Positions 26,086 to 38,257 of a stretch of DNA of 64,000 nucleotides are shown here, piece after piece (position 1 is the stretch's first letter; each line of letters begins with the position of its first letter). The notes beneath the pieces were generated by a model. It was given only the letters and a program-made list of their open reading frames with translations, was not told the origin of the DNA and did no database searches. This stretch comes from the human T2T-CHM13v2.0 reference genome, Homo sapiens. The DNA is taken from NCBI RefSeq assembly GCF_009914755.1, contig NC_060928.1, one strand, 5' to 3'. The translations under genes and the position numbers were made by a program.

Positions 26086-26906
26086 ACATATAAAGCTAAA
26101 AAAATAATATTCCTTAATGTAAAATTGAAAGAAATTTGGAAAAGTTTGAATTTCTTAGACTAGTCAAGTCTTCCATGCCAAAATCAGGATCATCAGAGGG
26201 AAGAAGTGAAATGAGATTAGAATAGATACGTCTGGGGACAGTCACTTGAGAAACTTAAAAGTAAAGATTTTCCTGAATCCTCTGGGTTTGCAGAAGTGAT
26301 TCACTCTACTTTGTTTGAAAAGAAAGACTTCTTCAACCCCTTTGCCTAAAGACTATGGGGAAGTTTCAAATGAAGCAGGTGCTTTACAAAGTTTGCTTTC
26401 CTAAGGATATGCTCCCATCTCTTCCCATGGCATAAAAGCAGTAACTAGCATTAAATTTCAGCATTATCTGACTGGGAAAGTGCTGAACCTGATAAGGGGG
26501 TAGAGTAATTTTGTACTAAATAAGCTGCAGGACACAGCTAACATATACTGCCAACGTGTTCCTGAGTAAGACTGAAAGAGAATCCTTAGGGTGCCCAATA
26601 AAAGGCAGAATGAAAGGGAAAGCTAGATAAAGGAGATTTTGTTGATAAACATAATACCTCATGCCTTAGGATGTGACATCTCAGTGAGCATCCCTGAAAC
26701 AAATTTTAATATACTGTTGAGATGACTCTTGGATCTTTGAAAAAAGTAATGATTCATATTAAATGCAGTATAGGTTGCCAGATCTACTATAGTAAGATTT
26801 GGAGGAAAATATCAAAAAGCTTAGAGAAATGAGTCTTCCTAAATGAATCTATTATATAGCTCTGGGGAATTAAAAATGTTCGACTGATTTTTTGGACAGT
26901 GTAGAT

Positions 26907-27125
26907 GAGAATTTCCCAACCTTGGCATTATTGATATTGGGGGATTGAAATTTCTTTACTGTGGAAGTGATGGGATGTCTTGTGCCTTGTGGAATATTGG
27001 ACAGTATCCCTTCCACACTAGACCTCAATAGCCCTCTCTAGTTGTAACAACCAACATGTATCCAGACATTGTCAATTGTACCCTGTGGTGCAGTGGAGAC
27101 CATTGCCACAAGTTGGGCATCACTG
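26907..27125 (+). mobile_element. MER20 (hAT-Charlie) DNA transposon
   Basis: tttcccaaccttggcattattgatatt...tccagacattgtcaattgt..gttgggcatcactg. Confidence 0.85.
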
Positions 27126-28077
27126 TCCTAGAGACACTTTATTTACCAAGTTAGTAATAAATATGCAAGTGAAAAATGTTCCAGTATTGCTGAGATGTTC
27201 AGTATTGACTGTTCAAGGTAAGCTGAGAATGACAGGAGATTCTGTTATAAAGCTGGGCTCCCTATAGCATTTGGGATAATAAGATTCTGAAATACCACGT
27301 GACAAATAGTAGAGGCAAGAGAGACAATATCATAATGGGCAGCAAGGTTGAAGTGAAGAATGTTAATAAAACATGGAGATGCAAGGGCCAAGATGAATAA
27401 ACCACAGAAAAGTATATTTCTTAACATCTATGATAAAAATACATCAAGATTGAATGAGCAAAAGGTTGAAGTCAGTTACCTCAGTGAACTTTCATGGCCC
27501 ATTCCCCACTTTTCATAGCTTAGACATTTTTTAGCCCAAGAACAACTGGTTATGAGGGGAACAGGGCCCCATGAAGAAGGACCCTTTAATAGCACAGCAA
27601 GTGTACACAGCAGTGATTTTTCACCTTCCTTTACTAAACACATTTATATGGCAATTTACTTGGGTAATTTTACACAGAGGTAAAGGAAGATCTCATATTT
27701 CAATGGCTAGTTAGAAAAAAAAAATGCTATGGACACAGATACTAGATACCTAAATTCTCATTCTCTCTGCTATGGTAGACAATAAGCACATACGGCCCAG
27801 TCATAAAGGGAGTCTTGGCCCGGATCTGACTCACAGAAGATCCACTACATCCAAAGCCCTATTTCACAAATATATAATTTGAATGAACATCTCTAGTAGT
27901 TGACAGAACCCACACCTTGGTTTCTGTGGAGTAAGAATAATTGCATTAGGAAATGCCAAGAAGAAGACTCTGAAACTAATCCCTTCCATAAAATATAGCA
28001 AATCCTGAACAAAATTATATCACAGGGTGATTAGTGCTACTCACAAAAACTTAAAAGATGCAGGGATTGTGATCTCC

Positions 28078-28249
28078 ATGATATCACCATTTAGTTCACA
28101 ACATGATTCCCTAAAATATAGTTGATCCGCCTTATGATATCACCATTTAGTTCACAACACGGTCCCCTACAATATAGTTGGTCCAGCTTATGATATCACC
28201 ATTTAGTTCACAACACAATCCCCTAAAATATAGTTGGTCCGGCTTATGA
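28078..28249. repeat. 56-bp minisatellite, 3 copies, inside the ERVL RT remnant
   Basis: atgatatcaccatttagttcacaaca... starts at 28078, 28134 and 28190. Confidence 0.95.
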
Positions 28250-29441
28250 GTCAGGGCCACTGTAAACCTTAATTGCAGCTGTTGTACCAGATTTGGTATA
28301 TTTACAAGGGTATATTAGCACAGTTTCTGTTATATAATATTAGCTATTGTTAGAGCAAGTGCCTTCTTTTACATACCCACTGAGAAGGAGAATAAGAAAC
28401 AGTCACATTCACAATGAATATATGATAACAAATATTGTGGTTCTTTCTCTTGAAAAAGTTTATTTCTCTAGCTTGCTGACACAATATACCAGTAGGCTCT
28501 AGTACCATCTAAACAATCCACAGGCGATAAAGTTGGTCCACTCTTCATTTTGATTGACTTGATGAACAAAAAATGGCTAGCAGTCGGAATATCTTGCTCT
28601 AGAGGGTAAAGATATATCCCTACAGTTATTCATGTGCCTATCATATTTCTCAAATTTTTAGGAATCCAAGGCAGGCCAACATATTGAAATAATAGCTACA
28701 AAACTCCTAACCTTCTTTGGGGGTCATACACAGCATACTATACTTGGGAATGGCATTCTGACACATTTATTACATAACAATGCTATTATATGTAATGCTA
28801 TTCTGACACATTTGTTAGGTAACATTAATGGCTTTGAGTGGGACTTAGAACAAGAAAAGGCTCTGAAACAGATCCAAGATGTTGTTTGAGCCATGCAACT
28901 AGAAGATCTCATAGAACTAAAGTTATCTAATTTACAGAAAAGGTTTTACGTGACGTCTATTGTACAGATTCATATGAAAACCATAGTTCAAACTCCAAGG
29001 TTTAAGAAGTAAGAAAGATCATGCCATTTGCAACAAACATGCATGCATATTTGAAAAGCAACTGTAAGTATGCTATTGGACATTGGTAAAGATTGAATAT
29101 CTGACCATGGCATATCAAGAAACCATGGAATGAGTACTGCTTATCAAGATCTGGGTGTGAGAAGACTTAAAAAGTCAGATAGTCAGTGAGAACCAGCTAG
29201 AATCCATGGTAAGATGGAAGTAGTGCATCTAGGATCAATCTCAAGTTTAATGGGTAAAAATAAGATACATAAATGCCACCCACCACTGTTGCAGTAGTAC
29301 CTTCTTTTATACTCACATCTGTGTTCTCAAGCTGGATCTTTTTTTTAATGGCTGGAGAGGAAGAATAGTACAGAACTTACTTCATGAATAGGTCACCTCA
29401 GTATGTTTGTATAAGCCAAAAATGCACTTTTGTACAACAAC

Positions 29442-29654
29442 TTTTTTTTTTTCCGAGATGGAGTTTAGGTCTGTCACCCAGGCTGGAGCACAATGGCACA
29501 ATCTTGGCTCACTGAAATCTCTGCCCCCTGGGTACAAGTGATTCTCTTGCCTCAGCCTCCTAAGTAGCTGGGATTATGGCCACCCACCACCAGCCCAACT
29601 AATTTTTGTATTTTTAGTACAGATGGGTTTTGCCAGGTTGGCCAGGCTGGTCTC
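29442..29654 (-). mobile_element. 5'-truncated AluS-type SINE
   Basis: Poly-T, right arm and linker, ending at ggccaggctggtctc. Confidence 0.9.
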
Positions 29655-29753
29655 TAGTGGTAGCTATGAGACATAATGGTGAGAAGGAATCTATTCAGTA
29701 GGTATAGGGTTGGCAGGTACATCTTATTGTCCATTTTTATGACAAAAGAGAAT

Positions 29754-32064
29754 TGATACGGTTTGGCTGTGTTCCCACCCAAATCTCATCTTGAATTGTA
29801 GCTCCCATAATTCTCATATGTCACAAGAGTGACCTGGTGGGAGGTAATTGAATCAGGGGTGTGTCTTTCCCATGCTGTTATCGTGATAATGAATAAGTCT
29901 CATGAGATCTGATGGTTTTATAAAGGGCAGTTCCCCTGCATTTGTACTCTTGCCTGCCACCATGTAAAATGTCCCTTTGCTCTTCCTTTGCCTTCCACCA
30001 TGATTGTGAGGCCTCTCAAGCCATGTGAAACTGTGGGTCCATTAAACCTCTTTTCTTTATAAATTACCCATCTCAGGTATGTCTTTATTGGCAGCATGAG
30101 AATAGACTAATACAGTTAATTGGTACCAGGTAGTGGGGTGCTGCTGTAAAGCAAAAATGTGGAAGCAACTTTGGAACTGGGTAAGAGGTAGATGTTGGAA
30201 CAGTCTGGAGGGCTCAGAAGAAGACAGGGAGATCTGGGGAAGTTTGGAACTTCCTAGAGACTTGTTGACTGGCTTTGAGCAAATGCTGCTCATTCTCAGA
30301 TGGAGATGAGGAACTTGTTGGGAACTGGAATAAAGGTGACTCTTGCTATGTTTTAGTAAAGAGACTGGTGGCATTTTGCCCCAGCCCTAGAGACCTATGG
30401 AACTTTGAACTTGATAAAAACGATTTAGGACATCTGGCAGAAGAAATTTCTAAGCAGTAAAGTGTTCAAGAGGTAACCTGGGTGCTGTTAAAAGCATTCA
30501 ACTTTATGTATTCACAAAGATATGGTTTGGAATTGGACTTTATGTTCAAACAGGAAGCAGAGCATAAAATTCAGAAAATTTTAAGCCTGCGGATATTACA
30601 GAAAAGAAAAATATATTTTCTGAGGAAATTTAAGCCCCATGTAGAAATTTGCATAAGTAACAAGGAGTCAAATGTTAGTCACTAAGAAAATGGGAAAAAC
30701 ATCTCCAGGGCATGTCAGAGGTCTTCAAAACAGCCCTTCCCCTCACAGTTTGGAGGCCTAGGAGGGAAAAATGGTTTTATGGACCAGGTCCAGGACACCC
30801 TGCTCTGTGCAGCCTTGGGAGATGGTGCCCTGCATCCCAGCTGCTTCAGCTCCAGCCCTGGCTAAAAGGGGCCAAGGTACAGCTCACGCCATTACTGCAG
30901 AAAGTGCAAGCCCCATGCCTTGGCAGCTTCCACATGGTATTGGACCTGTCTGTGGGTGAAAAGACAAGAATTGAGGTATGGGAACCTCCTCCTAGATTTC
31001 AGAGGATGTAAGGAAATGTCTGGATTTCCAGGCAGAAGTTTGCTGCAGGGGCAGAAGCCTCATGGAGGACCTCTGTTAAGGCAGTGTGGAAGAGAAATGT
31101 GGGGTCAGAGCTCCCACACAGAGGCACCACTGGGGCACTGCCTAGTGGATCTATGAGAAGAGGGCTACCATCCTTCAGATTCCAGAATGGTAGATCCACC
31201 AACAGCTTGCACCATGCACCTGGAAAAGCTACAGACACTGAACGCCAGCCCATGAAAGCAGCAGGGAGGAAGGATGTACTCTGCAATGCCACGGGGGCAG
31301 AGCTGCCCAAGACCATGAGAACCACTTCTTGTATCAGTGTGACCTGAATGTGAGACATGGAGTCAAAGGAGATCATTTCAGAACTTTAAGATTTGGCTGC
31401 TCTGCTGGATTTTACAGTTGCATGAGGCCTGTAGTCCCTCTGTTTTGGCCAATTTCTCCCACTTGGAATGGCTGTATTTACCCAATGCCTGTACCCCCAT
31501 TGTATCTAGGAAGTAATTAATTTGTTTTTGATTTTACAGGCTCATAGGCAGAAGGGACTTGCCTTGTCTTAAATGAGATTTTGGACTCTGGACTTTGAGT
31601 TAATGCTGAAATGAGTTAAGACTTTGGGCGACTTTTGGGAAGGCATGATTGTTTTTGAAATGTGAGGACATGAGATTTGGGATAGGCCGGGGCAGAATGA
31701 TATGATTTGGCTGTGTCCCCTCCCAAATCCCCTCTTTAACTGTAGGTCCCACAATTCCCACGTGTCATAGGAGGGACCCTTCTGTGGGAGGTAATTGAAT
31801 CATGGGGCTGGGTCTTTCCCATGCCGTTTTCATGACAGTGAGTAAGTCTCATGAAATCTTATGGTTTTGTAAAGGGGCATTCCCCTACACAAGCTCTCTT
31901 GCCTGCCACGATGAGAAACATGACTTTGATCCACATTCTCCTTCAGCCATGATTGTGACGCCTCCCCAGCCATGTGGAACTGTGAGTCAATTAAACCTCT
32001 TTCCTTTATAAATTACCCAGTCTCGAGAATGTCTTTATTAGCAGCATGAGAACAGAGTAATAAA
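29754..32064 (+). mobile_element. Full-length THE1 (THE1C/D-like) MaLR: LTR 29754-30114, internal 30115-31697, LTR 31698-32064
   Basis: Two similar LTRs, a typical THE1 internal region (tggaagcaactttggaactggg; ggagggctcagaagaagacagg) and purine tract ggggcagaa. TSD AGAAT at 29749-29753 and 32065-32069. Confidence 0.96.
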
Positions 32065-32094
32065 AGAATTAAACCAAAATTATCATTTTAGTTA

Positions 32095-32255
32095 TTTATT
32101 TCATTTTACAAACAGGTTATCACTCTGTCATCCACGCTGGAGTGCAGTGGCATGATCATAACTGACTTCAGCCTTGAACTTCTGGGCTCAAGTGATCATC
32201 ACACTTAAGTCTCATATAGTGCTGGGATTACAGGCATGTGCCACCACATCCAGCT
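32095..32255 (-). mobile_element. FRAM / AluJ right-arm monomer
   Basis: ctggagtgcagtggcatgatcata..ctgggattacaggcatgtgccaccac. Flanked by ccaaaattat/ccaaatttat. Confidence 0.8.
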
Positions 32256-33215
32256 CCAAATTTATTATATATAATATTCATGGACAGCACCAAATGGGTT
32301 ATCTGTTTGGCCATTGGCTTGTAAGAAACAATATTGAAATATGGGTACAAGGAACTTTGGGGAAGATGCATATGGGTGAAGCAATAAGAATGGGCACAAG
32401 TGTGCAGATCTTTAATTTGTATACTAGTAGCTACTGAGGAATATTCACTGAGAAAGAGATTACGCTCTTCTCTTAAATTAGTAGACCACGTGGACTCGGA
32501 CTCCAAGGGATGGAAATCAGGATGACTCTACTATCCTACTGAGCCTCTTAGGAATTTTGTGTTTCTTAAACTTGCAACTTTAGATTCTGTAGTTCCAAAG
32601 TCCTAGTTCTCACAGAAGAGATGTTTCCTCCTGGGTACACAGTAAGAGATTCACTAAACTTACATAACCACAGTGGCCTTATGAACTGTTTGGCTCCTTG
32701 TGCTAGAAGATTATCAGGAAAAAAATAGAGTAGTCATAATAGAGTAATAATTGAACATGATCATTATACATGGGAAGGTTGTTGGCAAATATCAGAGCAG
32801 GAATGAATATGTTTTGCACTTTGATGATCAACTGGGAAATACCTTGATAGTTTCTATTCAGTTTTAACTGTAACTGAGCAGGTGCAGAAATCTTAGCTTG
32901 ACCAGTAAATTGAACCTAGAAGCTCAGAATCTCCTCAAAGATGAGAATCTGTGTCACCAGGCAAACAACCTATACCTACAAAATGCTATCTGAGAAGGAG
33001 TAACTTTAGAATGGATGGTGAAGAGGGAAGATGATGGGTATTCTTTATGGCCTTCAAGACAAAAAGCAACATCATGTTTTATAGTGAATAAAATTAACTC
33101 TTCTCTTATACATTCCCTAGAAATTGTGACCAATAAGAATCCCAGAGAAGTTCTGCCCTAATGGAGTCAACTTGATTTGAGATGCAAATAGATTTGCGCA
33201 ATGTGAGTTGTGGAC

Positions 33216-33505
33216 TATAACAGATGCCGTTGGTGTACCACCCAGATCCATTTTTTGATTTAGGGCAATATGCATCCCCTCAACTACTGTGTTTTCTGCC
33301 ACTTTCTGACAGCTTCACTCTCTTGAGAATTACTTTTGCCTAGAACAACGTTGCCCAGAGATGCCTGTGAGATTTTGCACTTGTGCTTCAATCCCAGGAC
33401 AGTCTGAATCAATGACACACTGGAAAGCAAATTTAAAAGACTGGTTCCCTTTCCTCAAGGAAGGGACAACTCGGTTGACATTTATGCTTCAGAAATTCCC
33501 TCTGT
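33216..33505 (+). mobile_element. LTR16-type 3' LTR of the ERVL provirus (truncated)
   Basis: Preceded by the PPT-like gttgtggac. ccctttcctcaagg..gacaactc..catttatgcttcaga aligns loosely by eye to 25090-25140. Confidence 0.65.
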
Positions 33506-34293
33506 ATGATTTATGAAAACATTCAGTTTTACATATTTGTCTTAGATATTCATAAGCTTATTAGAATACTTACATCTGGCAAAGGTTTCAATTAAATAAA
33601 TGTTAAATTGTAATGCAGTTTTTCTCAATTTATAATACAATATAACCTCCTTTAGATTAAGCATTAGATAGCTTACTGAATTAGCATTTTTTTGTAGTGA
33701 AAAGTTGATTTATATGCTTTCCAAAATGGATATAATTAAGTTGATTTTTTTTACTTGCCTTAAAATTTTTACTTAAATCTCTCTCTTCAGCAACTTATAT
33801 GTAGTGTTAGAGTTATTGAAGCTATTAGAATAAGATCTGTAGATTGGCAGCTCTCTACAGAAGTCATACTTGTAACAAATTCCTTAACTCCTGTATTCTA
33901 ACCAGGGGAAATTGAGTGAAATTGTATTGTCAAATTGAGAATCCTACCAGATTATTACAAATAATCCTTGCATATTTGTAAATAATAAATGAATATAAAG
34001 ATGTTGACTTATAATCATTGAATTAGGTTTCTCATTGACAAGTACTTAGAAAACAATACTTTGGGAATCATACATTAAATTTATAAACCTTTATCTAATA
34101 TGATAATCCATCCTAACTATGTTACAAAAAAAGGAATTTGAAAGTGCTTTTAAATGTAAAGGTCTACAGAAATAACATTGGTATAAAATGCAATATTTTC
34201 AATAACCCTACAATTATTATGCAACCTGTAGTTATTTATATGAGATCACAATTGAACTGGAATTACAGAAAAAGAAAGGAATTACAGAATTAC

Positions 34294-34327
34294 AGAAAGA
34301 AAGAAAGAAAGAAGGAAAGAAAGAAAG

Positions 34328-34373
<46 letters not shown>

Positions 34374-34375
34374 GA

Positions 34376-34427
<52 letters not shown>

Positions 34428-34478
34428 AACAAACAAACAAACAAAGAGAAAGAAAGAAAGAAAGAAGGAGGAAGAAAA
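34294..34478. repeat. Compound (GAAA)n/(AAAC)n microsatellite
   Basis: Long interrupted GAAA run followed by AAAC units. Confidence 0.97.
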
Positions 34479-35259
34479 GAACACAGTCAGTTCTGTAGAA
34501 CCAAATAAAAATCATTTATCTGGCCACTCTGCTAACATCCCTCCCTAGCACTTGTCTAGCTTAGCCACATTTTCTGATAGGTTTGTTTACACTTGCTAGA
34601 GATCAGCCACCACCCCTGGTGCTCAATTCAGCCTTTAGATACAGGCTGGCAGCTCCCCTTGACTATCACAAAAACAGAATTTGGCCTGCAGTGATTCACA
34701 CAGATGGGGGGCAGAAAAACAAACTTCAAAGAACTAAAGTGACCATGAAGCTAAGGCTCAGGAGAGGAAATGGTGAAGGGGATTAAGTGGAATGACAAAG
34801 GGATTTTGTACAGCAGCATTGTGGGATCTCTTACTTACACTTGTTAAACAGTAAGAACATCACAACCCCTTGGAGTTCATAAATAGCATCCTTAACTATG
34901 AAGTCTGATATCTCAGTCATTCCTTGGGCAATATAGTATTGGCTTAAAAGTTGTCAGTCAGTAGAAGATACTCTTTAAATGTTGTCAATGATTGACACTG
35001 AGGTTTTTTTTCTTTCATTGCAAGAGAAAAATACCATCCTTGTCCCCAGTTTTGACTACAATCTCATTCAATGTAAGGTGTTATAAAAAAGGAAAGAGAA
35101 AAATGAGGAGTCCAGGATGCTGTCATTCTTTCCTGTCATTTATATGTACTTAGGAAAGGGATTCAATGTGTTCCTAGGGGGCTCAAACTATTATTATTCA
35201 GAGATAATTATCCAGAGATAATAACTCTTATGAAAACCCAACAGACAAGGTATAATGCT

Positions 35260-35362
35260 TCTCTCTTTCTTCTTTTGTCTTTTCTCCTTCCTTCCTTCCT
35301 TCTTTCCTCCCTGCCTTCCTCCCTGCCTTACTTCTTCCTTCCTTTCTTCCTTCTCTTTCTTC
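35260..35362. repeat. (CCTT)n polypyrimidine tract
   Basis: Degenerate ccttccttcc repeats. Confidence 0.85.
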
Positions 35363-35430
35363 TGGATTTTTATGTGAGATCCCTACATTTTTAAATTTTG
35401 ACAATGCATTTAAGTAAATGATAATCAAAG

Positions 35431-35507
35431 AGAAACAGCCACTATTTGACCAATTGGCAACTACTTAGAAACAGCCACTATTTGATCAATTGGCAACCAC
35501 TTAGAAA
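35431..35507. repeat. 36-bp tandem duplication
   Basis: agaaacagccactatttga(c/t)caattggcaac(t/c)actt at 35431 and 35467. Confidence 0.92.
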
Positions 35508-35555
35508 TCTGTATTTTAGTGCCTGTCTCTCTAGACCGTAGTTGTTAATATGGTA

Positions 35556-35838
35556 TTTAGCCATTTTATTGAGATGTAATTCACAAATATGAAATTGTTT
35601 TCAGTAAATTCATAGATATGTATAAACATCACCACAAAACATTTCAAAATATTTTTTATGACCTCAAAAACAAACCCTGGACCCTTTACCTATCACTCTC
35701 TTGTTTCCTTCATTCCCAAGCAATCACTAGTCTGCTTCTCATCTCTATAAATTTGCCTATTGTGGACATTTGATTTAAGTGGAATAACACAAGGTCTTTT
35801 GTGCCTGGCTTCTTTCACTTATAGCATGATGTTTTTCA
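35556..35838 (-). mobile_element. L1MB-type LINE-1 3'UTR fragment
   Basis: tttattgagatgtaattcaca..tctctataaatttgcctattgtggacatt..ctggcttctttcactt. Confidence 0.85.
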
Positions 35839-36924
35839 GTGAAAAAGTGGGAAGATGAAGTGTTTGGAGGGCTTTTAAATGGAGTAAAATGGAAACAAAG
35901 ACAAGTTATCCCAACACCAAAAAGAGTAGGGGATAGAAGGATATGTCAAGGTTTGAAAACCATCCTTCAGAAATGCAGGAAAGTCAAAGCTAGAAGTAAG
36001 TACTGAAAGCTCTCTTCAATCACACCTAGAAGACACCTCGAGGATCACACCTTGTGAAAACTCAAGAGCTTTAGCTTTTGATAACGAATCTTGACCAGGG
36101 ATGACAGTCACCTGGTACGCACACGTTTGGCTGTATCAGTTGTTTACAGAGACGAGGTCTGATTTGGTTATCTGCATCTGTGACCTATCTGTTGTTAAAA
36201 AGTATAAATATTCTGAACTGGGATAACAATTTTTCAGGATGCTACCCTTGAGGAAGTCATAGGTTCTAGTCACCAGTGTTGTTCAGAATAGGAAAAAAAA
36301 AATGTAGAATAATGTAAAGATCCTCAGTGCTTGGCTCTAACACACTCAGAGCTATCTGCTTGTAATAAGGAGAATTATCCAAAAACATCCTCTGCAAAGA
36401 AGCAGAGCATTTTCAGGTCTCAGCACATCATTTCTAAAGAGGCTAGAAGGTCTAATTTCAATGGCTAGATGCTAATTGGAATTTTAAAAAACTAGCGTTG
36501 AAGAAGACTTTCTTAAAAAGTCTTTCAACAGTATACAAGGAAAACAAAATTTTGAAACGTGGAATTTTTAGGTAAACCACAAGAGCAGAGGAGAGTCTTT
36601 AAAATATGGAGTATGAGTTAGATACATAGCTAAGAAGGATTGCTAGATGACTGGGGGCTTGAACAACACAATACATTGAAAAAACATCAGCAACTTTCTT
36701 TTTATAAAAAATGCTTTAATATACAACTCTACTTTAGCAACATCATTTAGAAAAGCAGTTCTTTTGAATTTGGAGTGTCATTTTTATTTTTAAAACAGAA
36801 TACATTTTCCATGTTTTTTTTTTTCAAATTCAAAGCAGGCATTTTATGGGATTTTTTTTCCAAGTAATTTTTTTTCTTGTTATGTGCTACAGTAGAAACT
36901 ATATTTTGTAGGTTCTAATTTAAC

Positions 36925-37120
36925 AGTACTTCTTAAACACACCACCCTTTATTATGCAAACCATTCTCTGTGACCACATCTTGGCTATGCTCACACATTC
37001 AAAAACTTAAGCTTTGAAAGATTAGGTAACTTTTCTAAGATTCACAAATATCAAATGGTTAAGCTCTTATTTAAATCTAGGTCTCTAATATTAAACTCCA
37101 TGTGATTTTCACTATCACTC
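36925..37120 (-). mobile_element. MIR
   Basis: gattaggtaacttttctaagattcaca..atttaaatctaggtct. Confidence 0.55.
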
Positions 37121-38257
37121 ATCATAATATAGAAAAATGGTTTTAAAAACATAAATAATTTTACGGTGTTACAAAGATATCACATTCTTTACAGAAAACT
37201 CAAGATAATGTTTTCTATGAATAAAACATACTGTTTCAAAACTCATTAGCTAGGGTTTTGAAATCAGATCAGGAATCGTATCCAAGCTCTTCACCATCAA
37301 AAAGAACCCATGAGGAGTTATTGAGTCTCTCTGAACCTCCATTTATTTCATGCAATTTTATATACAGAACATATTTGCAAACGCTATATCAATACAGCCC
37401 AATAATGTTTAATTTTTTTAAAAAAAAGTTTCCAATAACATTTTGAACAACATTAGGCATAGAATGATTCACCATCTTGTAAGTTGGCCCTATCTCCAGT
37501 CTCCTTCAAAGTGAGTTTATTTTTCTATGTTCCAGCAACCACCTCTTCACAGAAAGTCATAACTGTCATATTATTTCTGTGTGATAAAGACACATCCCAC
37601 CATTCTATTCTTTGGGAATTGGTAGACATATTGTGTGTGTGTGGTCTCTGTGTTGGTTTAGTTTGATTTACTTTCCTGCTAATCAGGACCACTTCGATAT
37701 ATATTAATATAGCTCTTTTGTTTGTTATGACTACAATCCATGTAGAAAAGCAATGATCCCTGGAGCAATGGTTCTATTTGACTTTTGCTCAAAACAAACT
37801 CAAAAATTCGGGCCTCTCCCCTTCATAGGAAAGCTGGCATCGCAGTTAACCTCCTGAGGCGAGAGATAGAAGAGTGATTTAGCAAAGCCTTTGATTCATG
37901 TCTCTCATCCATAAAGTTTTAAAATGTTTCAGATACATTAAGTCTTCATTACAAGTAAAATCCCTGTGAGGCTGGTCATTATTTTAAATGAGATCTCCAG
38001 ATTTTCTAGTTTTACAGTGTAGGCCAGTGAACAATCTACTGTGTTTTTAAGCTCTTAGGTCTGATTATCTTTAATTTCTTTTTTACGTTTTATGTTCAAT
38101 TTTTGACAAGAACTCAGGAAACTGTAGTACCTCCTTTATGTGACATTATCTGGCAATGAGTTTTCTAGTGAAGCAAACTTTCTGGATAATTGATGATTAA
38201 CTCTTTATATCTTAATGGTTTCATACTTTTTAATGTTTTTATACAGATTTGTTTTAT

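Larger units (their letters stand above)
25311..33215 (+). mobile_element. Decayed ERVL internal region (ERV3-16A3-int-like): gag-pro-pol-dUTPase remnants
   Basis: Remnant peptides SATHKNLKDAGIVISMISPFSS (from 28033), LIAAVVPD (~28269) and FEWDLEQEKALKQIQDVV (from 28833). RNase H-like at ~32280-32380 and dUTPase-like VLVLTEEMFPPGYT at ~32600. Many stops and frameshifts. Confidence 0.8.

Noticed and set aside
28078-28249. Repeat-spacer-like array (constant first half, variable second half)
   Set aside because: The variable halves are homologous to each other, so it is a simple 56-bp tandem repeat.
31961-31973. PRDM9 hotspot motif in the THE1 3' LTR
   Set aside because: It reads CCTCCCCAGCCAT, not the hotspot-active CCTCCCTAGCCAC. 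The 5' LTR copy is further decayed.
30057-32011. Cluster of ORFs in the THE1 element
   Set aside because: They are fragments of the broken MaLR internal ORF or chance frames, with multiple stops and frameshifts.
34138-34548. 136-aa Lys/Glu/Arg-rich ORF and overlapping Phe/Leu/Ser ORFs
   Set aside because: They are artefacts of the stop-free GAAA microsatellite.
34810-34822. AGCAGCATTGT resembling the 5' end of miR-103/107
   Set aside because: The match ends after 11 nt and no precursor hairpin is evident.
36497-36529. Imperfect hairpin gttgaagaagacttt..aaagtctttcaac
   Set aside because: It is short, AT-rich and bulged, and plausible by chance in 64 kb.
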